DNA from: Ramazzottius varieornatus
Lineage: Eukaryota; Animalia; Tardigrada
NCBI GenBank assembly: GCA_001949185.1
Contig: BDGG01000013.1
Span: 558,001-622,000, forward strand
DNA length: 64,000 nt
Direction: 5' to 3'
In this document: piece after piece, positions 25,758 through 38,741 of the stretch
Numbering within the stretch: the first letter of the stretch is position 1
Layout of the letters: each line of letters starts with the position of its first letter
Translations under genes and position numbers: made by a program
Notes under the pieces: model-generated
Told to the model about the DNA's origin: nothing
Databases searched by the model: none
Seen by the model: the letters and a program-made list of their open reading frames with translations, nothing else

Positions 25758-26705
25758 GGTCTGTCAGTATGACTTTGCGGTTTTCGGCGGAACACTTTCG
25801 TATTCGGTTTTTGGCGGAACGTATTTTCAGAGCTCGAGTACAGACATTAACAACTTGGCTGATGTTCTATCTGTCTAACAGACTCTTGCCAATTTTTTAA
25901 AGCAAGACCTGGTCAATGAAACGAGATCAAGAAACGAGAAAAATGTCGGAAGGAGTGAACCTCAGTTCTATACACAACCTTTTTGAAAAAAAAATAGGCT
26001 TGAGACAAGCTTTCTCAATTCGAGAATGATTGAAACGTTCTATAGTCCTGAAAATGATATGTCAACTGCGAGAAGAGAACCCCCCCAAACAAAAAAGCTT
26101 CGAGAATTCTGAAAAAGAACTTTTGTGCAAAACAGGGAGGAAAGTTGCGGTTGTCGACGTGCATCACTTTGGTAAGGTGGGAGCTTCTCAGTTTTTCCTC
26201 TCTATCACTGCTCTACGAAATAAGAGCGAAAGCTATTGGCGAGTACAATCTTGTATTTACTATTCACTTTCGAAGTTTGAAAAGTTTCGCTTCCGACCGG
26301 CTTTCAAACCAAGTATTTTTGAATTGCTCGCTGTCAGTTTTCCCAAGCGTTTTCTCCCACCTGACTGACTGATGGAGTAGACTGTTCTCGCCGAAAGTGA
26401 AGCGATCATTCGCTAGCGTCTTCGTTGAGGTCTTGTTTATTGTAGTGTCTGAATTTCTAGCTGCCTTGGTGTGGCTACAAGGAACAGAACTCTGGGTTGT
26501 GATAATTTTCGAAAATTTGCGATCACGAAACGTTCTCGTACAAGACCACACAAATGCACGGATCAGAGTTTTCAGTACCTTGGCTGAAAGACTATTGTAT
26601 CTACTGTTGTTTATAAAAAAAAGAAAGGAGCAATTCCGCCAAAGGCCACAGATATGAACTTTCAAAATTTCCCACGGAAAAACCGCAAAGTCATACTGGC
26701 GGATC
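25758..26705. mobile_element. Non-autonomous TIR element (TA-flanked), possibly nested in an older inverted-repeat element (~25709-26787)
   Basis: CAGTATGACTTTGCGGTTTT at 25765 versus AAAACCGCAAAGTCATACTG at ~26679; outer imperfect IR at 25709-25738 / 26760-26787. Confidence 0.7.
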
Positions 26706-26881
26706 TAATATTTCGATGCACGAGTAGATATCTCATGTATGAGTGAAACATTTCAAACTAAATATTTCTCGAGGTGTTAGACAGTAGGATATAGTCCCCC
26801 GACATCGATTACATGAGCAGTCAAGACACAAAGAAGAAACGGTCAGCCCACCCCCTGGTCACGTGGTATCCCGCGTGGCAA

Positions 26882-27069
26882 GGCCTGATGAGTGGCGCGG
26901 TGGTAGACTGGTAATACTGTCTGCCCTCCCTTGCCGAGTCTGCCTAGCAACCACGCGACCTGGGTTCGAATCCGACCCAGTTTGGGATGGAGTTATTGCT
27001 GTTTAAGCCATTTTCCAGCCACCTTCCAGCGTGTATACTGTAGCGTTAACATTGCAATGAATGAATGAC
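26882..27069 (+). repeat. tRNA-derived SINE-like element
   Basis: A-box-like TGGCGCGGTGG (26893), perfect B box GGTTCGAATCC (26963-26973), no convincing cloverleaf, (TGAA)n tail. Confidence 0.55.
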
Positions 27070-28749
27070 TCGTCGGACAGCTCGCTGGCCCATGACGTCG
27101 ACTGGATCTCTTCTTCAAGCTGCGGAAACGACCTAGGCTCTGCTCTACATCGCTACGTCAGGCGGCTGTGCCCAAACCGGAGGCGTATGACTGCACTGAA
27201 AAGACCTCATTAGCCATGCATCGACAGTATGCCGACTGGTGAGGAAGGCAACAAGCGTCGGACTTCGGACTATCTGGATCCGAATGTCTGTACACTCTAT
27301 TGACCTTCGGTTGTACTTTGCCATGCACGATGTGATCTAGACCTTCAGTCGTCTGTTTAACGGATACTACTATTGTCAGTGGTCCTGCCCTCAGTTGTCC
27401 TAAGTCTTGATCTAGTGCTGATCGCTTTGCTTGATTGCCTGTCTAGCTGTTACTGAGTGAAGTTATATCCGCTTTCTCTTCGCTCTTCTACACCCTCTTT
27501 CAGATCGGTTACATCAGTAGCCTGGCTCGGCATTCTAACTTGATCTTAATAAAGGATATTAAAGTACATTATTATACCTCTTGCCGCTAATGACGGTGTA
27601 AGCCGTGTGACCACGGAGAGACCGAGGATTTCTTTCATTGCGGTGTCAGGTATTCGGGAAAGTTCCAACAGGGCTGTACCAACTCTCGAAAACACCTAGA
27701 TCATACCTGGCTCAGATACTGTAGGTGCACGTATCCGCCCGTCGGCCAGAGAAGGAAACCGACAGTTATAACCATACCTAACGCGACGCAACAAGAACAT
27801 AATATATTTTTGACATATTCGCAAGCAATTTGAAACTAAGATGAGGGCTGCTCCAGTCAGGATCGAGATTGGGTTTCCGCACTTCCTTAGCTCGCTGAAT
27901 AGCTCGAGGACATGAAATATATAAGGATTTTCACAACACAACGATTCCGGTCGGCGCACTCCTGCAGGAACATTCACAACTGGGTAAAAACTTGGACTGT
28001 CGTTCAGTTTTAGCGGACTTAATATATATTGAGCGAAAATAACTGGCCCCAGTGTCTAACCCAACTGAAAAGGGCCAGATGAACAGAGACCGCCGACAGA
28101 ACAGCCGTTTCCGCTAAGTGCGCCATCAATACCCATCAAGTCACATTTACACGATCGTACTACAGTGCGTCTCCGTATGCAAAGTTCAGGACCGTTCAGG
28201 GGCGGCGTGTTACGCTACTCACGTTAAGCACTGGGACCTAAAAGTGAATTGAGGGTCGCAGAGGGTTTAATTTAGGGCCGAAGTTTTTTGGGCGTACTTT
28301 GAAGGTGCATGTGTTTTCTAGGTTAAAATCACCGCCGCCCGCCACGACGAAGGCTTCTGGAGGTGGTAGTGGGAACGAGCTCGTAAGAGAGTTGTGGTTT
28401 GGGTTGTACCGCAGGACGGGTGTCGGGCGATGAACCCATTTACCGAGCAGCACTATCCCGGGAAGTAATGTACTGTACCACTGTTTTCAAGCAACGCATC
28501 TCCAGTAGTTGGCCATGAACGCAATGATCGCCACCGTATTGCTCGGCGTAAGAGCGTTGGTAGAGTGATCGTTCTGTCGTCGGGAAATCCCTTGCAGAAG
28601 TCGACTAAAGTGTTACAGTATTAATCATACTGTGGTGGTTCGAAAGCTCATGGCAACTACGGGTGCAGTGGAACAACCAGAAGTTTTGATGGGCTCAAGG
28701 CGAACCTGTTTTGGAAAGAGTCACCTGGCCTGGCTAAAGTCTTCTTAGC

Positions 28750-31700
28750 ATGGAACAGTCGCTGTACACTTTGAAAAGGTGGATAGTTCTCATAACAGTC
28801 ATTACTTGCTCTGTTCATTACTGCGGCCCGCAACCAGCTACCAGCAATCGTTTCAAGCTGCAAGTGTTCTATATTCTCAACGAGAAGGAAACCATTGGTG
28901 ATCCTAATGGAATTCTCCGTTCGGCCAATATTAAACCGGTGCTTGAATTAGCCCGAAACCAAAGCAATGCGCGCAACAGCTTTGATATCGAGTGGGTGGA
29001 AACTGACTTCCGGGGATCTCCTCACGTCAACACATTTAGCTACTGCTTCGATCTAAGAAAGCCAGAACAAGTATGCCGTTTCCACGTGCTTCTTCCAGTT
29101 ATATTAGGTTTTAGCATGTGACTTAGCGATTCGCGGAAGAGACGTTTCGAATAATCAGGTCTCCTGACTCTGGGATCATACACAAGTCAAGTTGCCATCT
29201 CCCGTTGGAATTCCGACTATAGCTAAAATGAGCTGCAACGTCATTCATGAGCGGAGCAGCTGATCCATCTTCTGAATACAGTACTTGGCCAGCCACCGTG
29301 CTTCACACTGTTATGTACCTAGCCATATTTCCGATTACGCTCTTTAACGACAATAAGGGCAGCTCCGGAAAGCAAATTACAGTTATACGTACACGCACGA
29401 AAAGGAAATTTAGGCCAGTAAAAATTTCGGGCCAGACGATTCCGAAACAGCGGAACGAAACTACGTATCCACATGTGTAAATCACACCCATGCACTTTTT
29501 GGCAGTTTTCTACGGTTAAATTTTCAAACTTCCTTTCCCTGCGTGTACAGTAACGAAAGGCGCGACCCAAGCCGCTATTACAGTCGGACAGTAAACCGGA
29601 GGTGGCATATTGATCGGTGTGATCATTCACACCTTCTTCTTCTGCAACATAGTTGGTAACTGATTTACTCGTAACCGCAGACCACCTTTTGGAAACTTTT
29701 GTGGAACATCGCAAAATCATACCTTTAACGATATACGCCAACTTCTGTTCTGTGGCCGGTCTCTATTCATCAGGCCCTATGCATCGACCTTAAATTTTTT
29801 GTAATAGGACTACCGCGCCCTGTCTGCCGTCCTTGGCGGGATTTCGTCCGTTGTTCAGCACAATCAGATTCACGTCATCATCGCCCCGCCCTGCCGTTAT
29901 GAATTTCAAATGGCAGCGGACTTGGCAGCATACCTGCACATTCCAATTATTACGGGTGCGAGTGAAACGATACCGCGCATGTACGACTACCCAACGGCTG
30001 TAACGTCCAACTATAGTCCTATGAGCATATGGGCAGGTTTTGTCGCCTTCTGCAAGAAAAACAACTGGTTGGATGTTTTTATTGTCTACGACGATTCAGC
30101 TCAGGACGCTTTGACAGACCCGGAAGAGCGAGGTAACTACGCAAACGGTCTAGTACGAATGCTGGCTTTGAGAAAAATCAACTCCACGGTGACACGACAC
30201 ATACAAGTGGGTGACGTGGATCTCAACCTGAAACTACTGAAGACGGTCGCCAGAGGTATGTCTTGGCAGTTCTGCGAGACCACGTATTAACTTAGATGAA
30301 TTTATTTAACTTCCTTCTTCTTTCAGTATCTGTTATCCTCTCGAACTCGACAGTCCTTCGGTCGTACATGATGGCAGCATGCAACAGTAGCATGTGCAAT
30401 GGAGATTACGCTTTTTTCACCCTGCACCTATTCAAGGATCCAATCTTGAATAATCTCACGCTGGTCAACTGGCAGGCTGGTATTAGTGTCGGCCTTTTTC
30501 TGTACTCAGACTGCAGGTTTCGATTTCGCTCCGTAAAACGTGAAAGTAGCGGAGTTGTCAATGCAAAATCGCACGTGGGGTTGTCATTAGCATAAGGAGA
30601 GAACCTGGGTGCTGTGCTTGTTCACTTTTTTTCTATTGATGACACCTCCTCTATGTAACTCTAAATTGACAATTCCGTTAGTTTTTCCTCGTTACATTAA
30701 TTTCGTGCTCTTTAGTTGGGTGGAAACGATACACACAACGCCTCGTCAGACGAGCTGACCATCACCGCCATGGAAGCCATCCAGGTTATCACCGTTTTCG
30801 ACTACCAAGCCGCCTATGCATTCCGCGATGAATTTGAGCACAAGTTTAACATGGCCATCGACGATACCCCCATCACCGGTTACAGCGCCTTCTATTACGA
30901 CGCTGTAATGCTGATGGCTAAAAGCGTCGATACTTTATTGAAGGGCAACTACAGCTGGATTCACGAAGACATCTCTCCCACTTTCTTCTACAAACAAGAC
31001 GGCAAAAGTGGCTTCACGCAGGACCTTATCAGGACTATGACCACACCACCGTGGTATGATGGTGCGCAACGGAGCCATGTTACGACGCGCTTCATTCCTC
31101 AACGGCTGAATCCGTTTCGATTTTAGGTGTTACCGGCCCATTGTACTACCACAACTCTACCGCCCGCGCCATCAGTACGGATATCTACGATTATGATAAT
31201 GCCCAGAAAAATTTTGTGGTACGGTCTACATTCCGCTGTTGGCGGTGGATGCGGTGACCGTTAAAGTATTAATAGCTACATGTTTCGATAGCTACTTTTG
31301 ACGGTGACCGCATCCGCCGCCCATTCTCCACAGTCGACCGACTGAAAATGTCTCCTGGCTTCACCCTCTCAACGCTTGAAAGATACTGTAGAGCAATCGT
31401 TTTTATGATTCAGCTCGCGGTAAATTTCACAGCGAAGACAAATCGGACAATGACGACACGACCCGTAAGATACCCAGGAACCAAGGTGCCATCGAAACCC
31501 GTCTGTGGATATGACGAAGCCAGCGCCGGGTGCAACGATCTGAGTAAGCAATCACCTGAAACGTCACCGCGAGAATCAGTTCCAAATCCTCACGTCGTTG
31601 GGTGGCCCAGCTCAGGCTCAGTAAAATACCCGAGCGAGTTTACGCGATCCGTGCTGCAGTATAACGAACTGTACGAGGTACTTTCGCTTTGCAGAGACAG

Positions 31701-34584
31701 ACGATATCATCGGGATTGTAGCTGGCAGCACCTGCGCACTACTGGCTGTGTTGGCCGCCATTTTAGCCCGTCGGCGATATACCAGAGAGAAAGCTGCATC
31801 GCGTTCTTGGATGATCAAGTTCGAAGATGTCCAGTATCCACGCGACGTTCAGGAATGGCTGCGCCGGCGCTACACCATCATCGACGACGGTGCGGGAGGC
31901 CTGGCTGTGTCCGAAGCAGTGCGCATGGCCAAGAAGGCCATTTCGGGAAAGGACAGCGGTGGAAAGTTGGCACCAGATGATGAAGTGAGGCGCACCACGC
32001 TCGGCCCCGGAAGAACTATCAGCCACAAACACGGCATTGTCAAAAGCCAGCCGGTGACCATCCGGTACTGCCACAAGGACTTGGTACCTATTGTACCCAG
32101 GGTTCTGCGGGAAGCCAAGTTGATCAGGAGCTTGAAGCCTAATGACAACATCATGCAGTTTGTCGGTGCTAGTGTTGAATGGAAAAAAGTGGCAATTTTC
32201 TACGAATATTGCTCCAAAGGCACTTTACAGGTTCGTTAAAGACGATACAGTAATAATCCTCAGTTCATGAATACGTCCCAGCAAATTCAGTCTAACAGAG
32301 AGTGTGCGGTAAACGTCAAACGCTATTTCCGTTGGTCAAGCAAACTTAAATAACAACCAAAGGTACCGATCAACCGCACGGCAAGTTTGTCACGCGACGT
32401 TGTAATGACGCACATGTTCGCCAGACGCAAACAACCTATCATACTAGCTTGCTCAGCCTTGTAGAAAGAGCCTCAGTGACATATCCAAGAAGTGGGGACT
32501 AACACTGTATTCCGCCCCCGTGATATGTCACCAGCAAAAGTGGAAAAAAACCAACTTGGTGGACAAATGATTTAATTGGGCTCTGTATCGGCATTTTGTT
32601 TCAAAGGATTTGCTAGCGAACACGCAGCTGAAACTGGACTGGGTCATGCGCATCTCCATCACGACAGATATTCTTCGCGGTCTGGCCTTTATCCACCAAT
32701 CTCCCCTTGAGGCCCACGGGCGCCTGACGTCCAAATGCTGCTACATCGACGCTCGGTTTGTCCTCAAGATCGGCGACCATGGTCTACCCAGCTTCTTCTC
32801 ACTGAACGCCGATGAGACAGAAGAGCTGAAAGATACCGGTGACATCTGGCAGATGCTGCTGTGGACTGCCCCTGAACATATCGGCATGATGCTGGGCCAG
32901 TCCTACGTTCACAAGCCCACGCCCACCTCTGAGCCTTTGCGCATCAGCATGCTGGAGAGAACGCCGGGCTTTTGGGCCAGATGCTTCAAGAAGAACAACA
33001 GCATCTATCCAGGTATCATTGACCGGGAAGCCTATGTGGCCACCTCGCTGAAGATGGGAACCAAGCAGGGAGACATCTACAGTTTTTCCATCATCTTCAC
33101 CGAGATCATCACGCTGGGGAAACCGTATGGCATGTACTTGCCGTACATGACTGCTGAAGGTAATCAGCTTATAGTTCCACTTTCAGTAATGTGTTTTGTA
33201 CCATAACACTAAGGCGACGTTTAGAGATCGTGACCAAAGTCAGGGACCGTCTAAGTCAAGTCAACCCATTTCGTCCGGACATCAGGGCAGAAGACTGCGC
33301 CCACCCGGAAATACTATATCTCTTGGAACGATGTTGGAATCAGAGTTATAACCATCGGCCTTCCATCATCCAAGTTCGAGCAAAGATGAAGGACATCGGC
33401 GACGACATGTATGTCCACTTACTGTATCTTGGCTGGTCTCTGCGCGTCATCCGAGGACTGTGTGTGTTTTAGGGGGCTTAGCGGTAAAACAGCATCGGTT
33501 ATGGACATTATCCTGACTCAGATGGAGGAACAAGCGGCTATTTTACAAGCTACTATAGTCGAGAAGACAAAGATTATGGAAGCGGAGAAGACCAAGACAT
33601 TCCAGCTCTTCTCTCAGATTCTTCCCCGGTCAAGAACATGCCTATCTTCGATTCCCAACTCACTTCACGTGTAACGTAGTTCCCTTTTGTTTTCAGGACG
33701 ATCGCTGAAAGACTACGGCACGAGGAAGTCATCTCCGCCGAGCTGTACGATATTGTGACTGTCTTGATTTGCGACGTGGAGAATTTCGGTGATATCGTGG
33801 CCGAATGTACGCCAACTGAGACCATCGAATTCGCCGGCGACCTCTTCAGCTATTACGAAACCAACATTGCCGAGTTCGAATGTATCAATGTGGACTTTTA
33901 CAACACCCTTGTACTGGTGAGTCGGTCCCTGCTAGTTTATCTGGCAAACGGAAGCTTGACTGGAAGACATAACCAACTTTTCCTGTACATAGGTGGCGTC
34001 AGGGTTACCGGTTCGAAATGGCATCTTCAACGCGCGTGAAATCGGTAGATTGGCCTTGTCTTTGCTTTTCAACACTATCACGTTCCGGCCTCGGCATGAT
34101 ACGAGTGAGCGGTTGAAACTGAAAATGGCTGTCCACACCGGACCGGTCTTTGCTGGGATAGTAGGCGAACTCAACCCGCGATACAGTGTTTTCGGCGAGA
34201 CCATCTTTGTGACGCATCGACTACTAGCTGTAACCAAAGGTAACCAACTTGGCCTACCTGACCAGGTCTGGGGCGCGACGCTAGGTGTCGACCTGATTTT
34301 ATGGGGTTGTTTTTAGGCTTTACCATTCGATGCAGCGCATCAGCTCAAAATTTGATGGAAACCTTTGGAAGCTTCGTCTTGAGCCGAATGGACGAGATCT
34401 TCATCAAGGGCAAAGGCATGCAGCCCACGTATCAGCTCTTTGGAGAAAACGGTAAATGCAAACCTAGACTTTGTACGGTACCAACAGCAAACCAAAAGTT
34501 GACCTTCCTTTGCCTCCAGCGAGTCCCGCCATGCAGCGTCTGGAAGCGGATTTTCGGGCAGTATACCCCGATAGTGGGCTCTGA
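28750..34584 (+). CDS. Receptor guanylate cyclase-like protein 2 (signal peptide, ANF ectodomain, TM, kinase-homology domain, coiled coil, degenerate cyclase)
   Basis: Exons ~28750-29070, 29808-30256 (IIAPPCRY, KNNW), 30328-30478, 30716-31061 (FYYDAVML), 31127-31218, 31414-31541 (PVCGYD..C), 31695-32230 (TM, YEYCSKGTL), 32608-33159 (HGRLTSKCC, WTAPE, DIYSF), 33225-33408, 33472-33627, 33697-33915, 33992-34239 (HTGPVFAG, PRYSVFG), 34317-34451 (KGKG), 34520-34584. Confidence 0.92.
29213..29610 (+). repeat. Dispersed repeat family B, split by MITE A copy 4 (29392-29545)
   Basis: TAGCTAAAATGArCTGCAACGTCA and AATAAGGGsAGCTCCGGAAAGCA blocks; uninterrupted copies at ~43090-43315 (+) and ~59960-60180 (-). 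Confidence 0.75.
31240..31323. repeat. Short imperfect palindrome (mini-MITE/hairpin) in an rGC2 intron
   Basis: GGCGGTGGATGCGGTGACCGTTAAAGTA versus TACTTTTGACGGTGACCGCATCCGCCGCC. Confidence 0.7.
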
Positions 34585-34836
34585 CGAAACCGACGGCTGC
34601 AACACTCTCAGCCGAAGGGGACAGCCGAACGTAGAAAACTGTCAACGAGTTGACGAGACTCGCGCCATGATGCGAATCTGCGCTAATACTTCATGGTTTT
34701 ATAAGCTGCAGTTGGAATTCTGTATTCCCTTCACAAATCATTCTTGCTGGTCATCATCGTTCTAGCTTAACATAGCGATCCTCCAACTTGCACTTCAAAT
34801 GCTTACGAACAAAACAAACGAATCAATCAAAACAAA

Positions 34837-35304
34837 TTAACAGGCAGGTAGTCGTTCGCGCCAATACGGGAAGCGTGGTGCGCGACGGAAGGCGTTCTCG
34901 GCTGAGATGATCCAACAACAGTTAGCGTTCCAGTAGTCATCGAATACGCCTCTAACGCAAAGAAATGCCATCGTCAGGCACAGTGTCCGAAATATTCAAT
35001 ACCCATTCCGGTTTCATGATACCAAAAATGGTGGTTCTTACTGTGTGCAGTATTGCTGCCATGAGCCGAACTCTGCAGGATACATCTTGCAGGTAAAGTA
35101 TGGTGTCTTCTTCCAGTTGGCCGAGCGGGCTTTGGGGCAGTCGTCAACGTATTCTTCCTGGTCCCGGAGCTTCATGAGTTCTGCTTGTGCCTTGAATCTT
35201 TCCATCAGGGCAACCGGATCATTCATGTCCACACCATCAAATATGTCTCCTTGCACAAAGGCTAACAAAACCACCAACAGCATCGACTTTATCAAGTAGA
35301 TCAT
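34837..35304 (-). CDS. Small secreted cysteine-rich protein, 125 aa, 2 exons (35304-35042, 34951-34837)
   Basis: Signal peptide MIYLIKSMLLVVLLAFVQG; acidic spacer; a 90-nt GTAAG...TTAG intron joins in frame to GVFDDYWNANCCWIISAENAFRRAPRFPYWRERLPAC*; six Cys. Confidence 0.75.
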
Positions 35305-35715
35305 GATGTTGAGCTGTCACAGATCTTCTCAGGAGTATATACAACACGGGTGTATGGCTCCGAGATTTTTGAGTACGACTATACTAGTCGTTTGTCGTTA
35401 GTACAATGATCGGCAGAACTTTTAAAACGGGATTTTTGGTTTATCCGACAGATTCAACCTCATTACGGTTGGAGTCTCATAGCGCGCATACTTTCCCGTT
35501 CCCTCAACAAACCATCTAAACATGGTCTTCCGGTTGCTAGACAGCTGACAAATTTCCTTCGTTCAAACTTCTACGGTGAAATGCCGAACAGAAAAGAATG
35601 CACACAAAAGCAGGAGACTAGCAACAAACTTCAATCCTCGAAACTAAACTATCTAGTCATCAGACATCACTTTCAGACTAGGAAGAAATTCTCCACAGTA
35701 TTTTTTGGCTCATGC

Positions 35716-38700
35716 TCATTTCTTTCCATCGTAACCTTCGTTGTCATACATGTACAAATTCGGTCCTCCATTTTCGTGAAGTTTCACAGACGAGAAAGTG
35801 AAGTCAGTTGTCACAGCGTTTGCAGTGTAGCCTTCCATGATTTCATCTGGCCATAAGCTCTGATGGAATTTCTGCAACCAATACCGCACCATGAAAACCA
35901 GATCGAGAACTGAATATCGACTCTCAGATTTTACCTCCGCCAAAGTATTGCCTTTTGCTTGGTAGACAGCAACGATAGCCCATATGGGCAGCTGGATGAT
36001 GGACACCATAGCTAAGACCCAGCCAAGCCCATCCGCAAAAGCCGGAAGGTCGCCTCCGTGGTTTAATGGCGTGTAGAAGGCAAATGACATAACAAGAACG
36101 ATCTGCAGCCAAAATTATCAATACAAGAGCGTGTGAAAGAGAAATTGTCGAGGTTAGACTTTTTGAGCTTACGATGACAGTCAGTGGAGCCAGTAGTCCC
36201 CAGGTGGACCTATGCAAGATAAAATCATGGCAAAGGCTCTAGGTGTTGCTCTTAAAACTGACTGAAGTCACTTACGTCCAGTAAATGTTAAACTTCCGGT
36301 CGAGCATTCCCTCAATGTCATCCAGAAATCTTCGGAGTCCATACACCCACGCTAATATCATTAGCTCTAATAGAGCGGGGAAGAGAACACTGAAACCTCC
36401 AGCGTACGAATCGAAAATCAGAAAAATTTCGACACCTCCCTGTGAAGAGACGACGCACCTTTATCTCGCCTCTCTCATTTCATCAATATGGTTTATGTGC
36501 CTTACTTGCGTCACAAAAGGTATTCCGACGAGGAAGCAAACGAAGCATGTTAATCCGCAAACCATCGGCTTTTTCTCCCGCAGTTTTGGCCATTCATCGT
36601 AAAAGATTGTCAGGACAGTTTCCAATGCACCGATTTCGGAACCTAATCCAATGGTATAAAGCCTGTAATACAGCAAGTGTATAAAGCAAACCGAAGACCA
36701 TGGCCAACCGGTATGCGGTCGCGCAACTGCCCAACTCACATGACGAAAAACAAGATGGACCACAAATGGGGTACAGGCATCCGATTGAATGCTTCGGGGA
36801 AGGTAACAAATGCCAGACCAGGGCCTTCTTCCGCTACCACATCAATTCCCACATTCATCTGACGAGCCAAGTATCCCAGCACGGAAAACATGGCCACTCC
36901 GGAGATAACACTGGTGGCGGTGTCTGCCACCGACACAATCATTGCATCTCTGAGAACAGTAACAAGTGACTTGCAAAGGGGGAAAAGAAATTAATGTACG
37001 GATGGAGTTCTCCTACTGGTAGCAGTTGTTGTTTCTTTTATTGTATGATCCCAGCATGACCAACGCTCCGAAACCGACAGACAGCGAGTAGAACATCTGT
37101 TCCGCCGCATTTCTCCAGGTCTAAAATAATTACAGGTTTGTTGTCACAGTCCGTTCTTGAGAGCCGAGCACCGCATAAAGCACTTACTTCAACGTCCAGC
37201 AGTTTATCGAACTGAGGGTAAATGAAATATTTGATACCATCCGCCGCCCCTTCCAGGGACGCACCTACAAGACGGCGCAAACAACTCGGTGCACTTTATC
37301 CCAATTCTAGTCTTACCATACAAAAAAGATGCAATGAGTGACGCCTGCTGACGTCTTTGTCTACAGTAACTTACCTCGTCCAAGGATGATGAAAAGAACG
37401 ATGAATGGCAATGTGGAAGTGACGTAGACGACCTTGCCGGCGGTCTTGATACCCTTGAAAATCAGACGGAGAATATTTTTAGTACACTGTAAAATCTGTG
37501 GGCCACTATGCTGATGACTGGATACAGTAGATGATGCAAACTTACCTTGACCAAAGTGAAGAAGATGACGACCCAAGAACCGGCCAAATTAGCCAGCAAT
37601 ATCCAGTTAACGTCCCCCATATCGCCCAACCCGTATGACTTGGTATCCCCTTTCTTATACTTTTGCAAAATAACCCTGTCGTAGTACTGCTGGGATACCG
37701 AGTACTTTTTCTCCTTTATCTCCGTGCCGTTAAAGAATTCCAACACCGGCACATATGGGCTCATCACCGAAATATCGGTCTGGTTGACGTAATTCACCGG
37801 TACGCACGTTTCATAGTGCGCCCATTCATTATGGCAGAAATGATCACCCCATGGCACATCTTCACCTTTGAATGCTGATATCAACGTCACCCTGAAAGAA
37901 TAGTGTCAGACACGACCGATAACCAGTAAAACTAATGAGCGTTTTGATAATACACAAGACGCAGACCTGATACCAGAAATAGTATGACGTCCATGCCATG
38001 ATGACCACTAGAACAACAGAAAACTCTGCGTCGGAAATGGGTCATTGGAAATCACTTCACTGAATTCGTTTCTAAAGTGGCGCACTCATCTATTCAATAA
38101 CAACGGGACAGTGCGCCACTGGGCATAACGATTTGGGTAAAATAATTTCAGTACTGCACGTTCCAAGTGCAGATCGATCAACCAATCAATCGAGACCCCA
38201 AAGAGCGGGCAAAATTGCTTACCGTAGTACATTGAAATCATGGCTTGGATGATACATTGTGCGATACCGATGCCTCGCCCTATTGGGGAGACTTTCTTCC
38301 ATATCGTGACCGGCCCTTCTTGATGATACTGACCGAAGGCCATCTCCATGAAGTACATGGGTCTCCCGCACAAGAAGAGAATAATGAGGTACGGTAGAAG
38401 AAAGGCACCGCCTCCGTTTGAGTAAGCCAGATATGGGAAGCGCCAGACATTGCCGAGGCCAACCGACATGCTGATGCAGGAAAGGACGAACTCGGCCTTG
38501 TGGTCCCATTGCACTCGGGCTGGTGTATTCGGGTCTCCTTCGGTCTGCGTTTCGACTTGGCCACTGCTCGGTGGGATCGTGGTGGCTACAGTGGAAGTGA
38601 TGGTTGTCAGCTCAAATGATCCCTTTTTACCCTGTCAACGAGTACGATTGCTAAACATGAAAAATTCCCGTCGATGCTGAGCGGCAGATTTCTCACGCTG

Positions 38701-38741
38701 CCAAAGGTTCAGGATCGTAAACAACACATAAACCATACCAT
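35716..38741 (-). CDS. SLC6 sodium:neurotransmitter symporter family transporter, probably nutrient amino-acid transporter type
   Basis: [82 protein letters not shown]; ATG-only first coding exon (38741-38739). Confidence 0.93.

Noticed and set aside
26882-26985. Functional tRNA gene
   Set aside because: A and B boxes are present, but the spacing is too long and there is no convincing cloverleaf; better read as a SINE
27070-27660. Solo LTR with primer-binding site
   Set aside because: Only an AATAAA and a weak GGTGTCAGG resemblance; no second LTR, TSD or pol sequence
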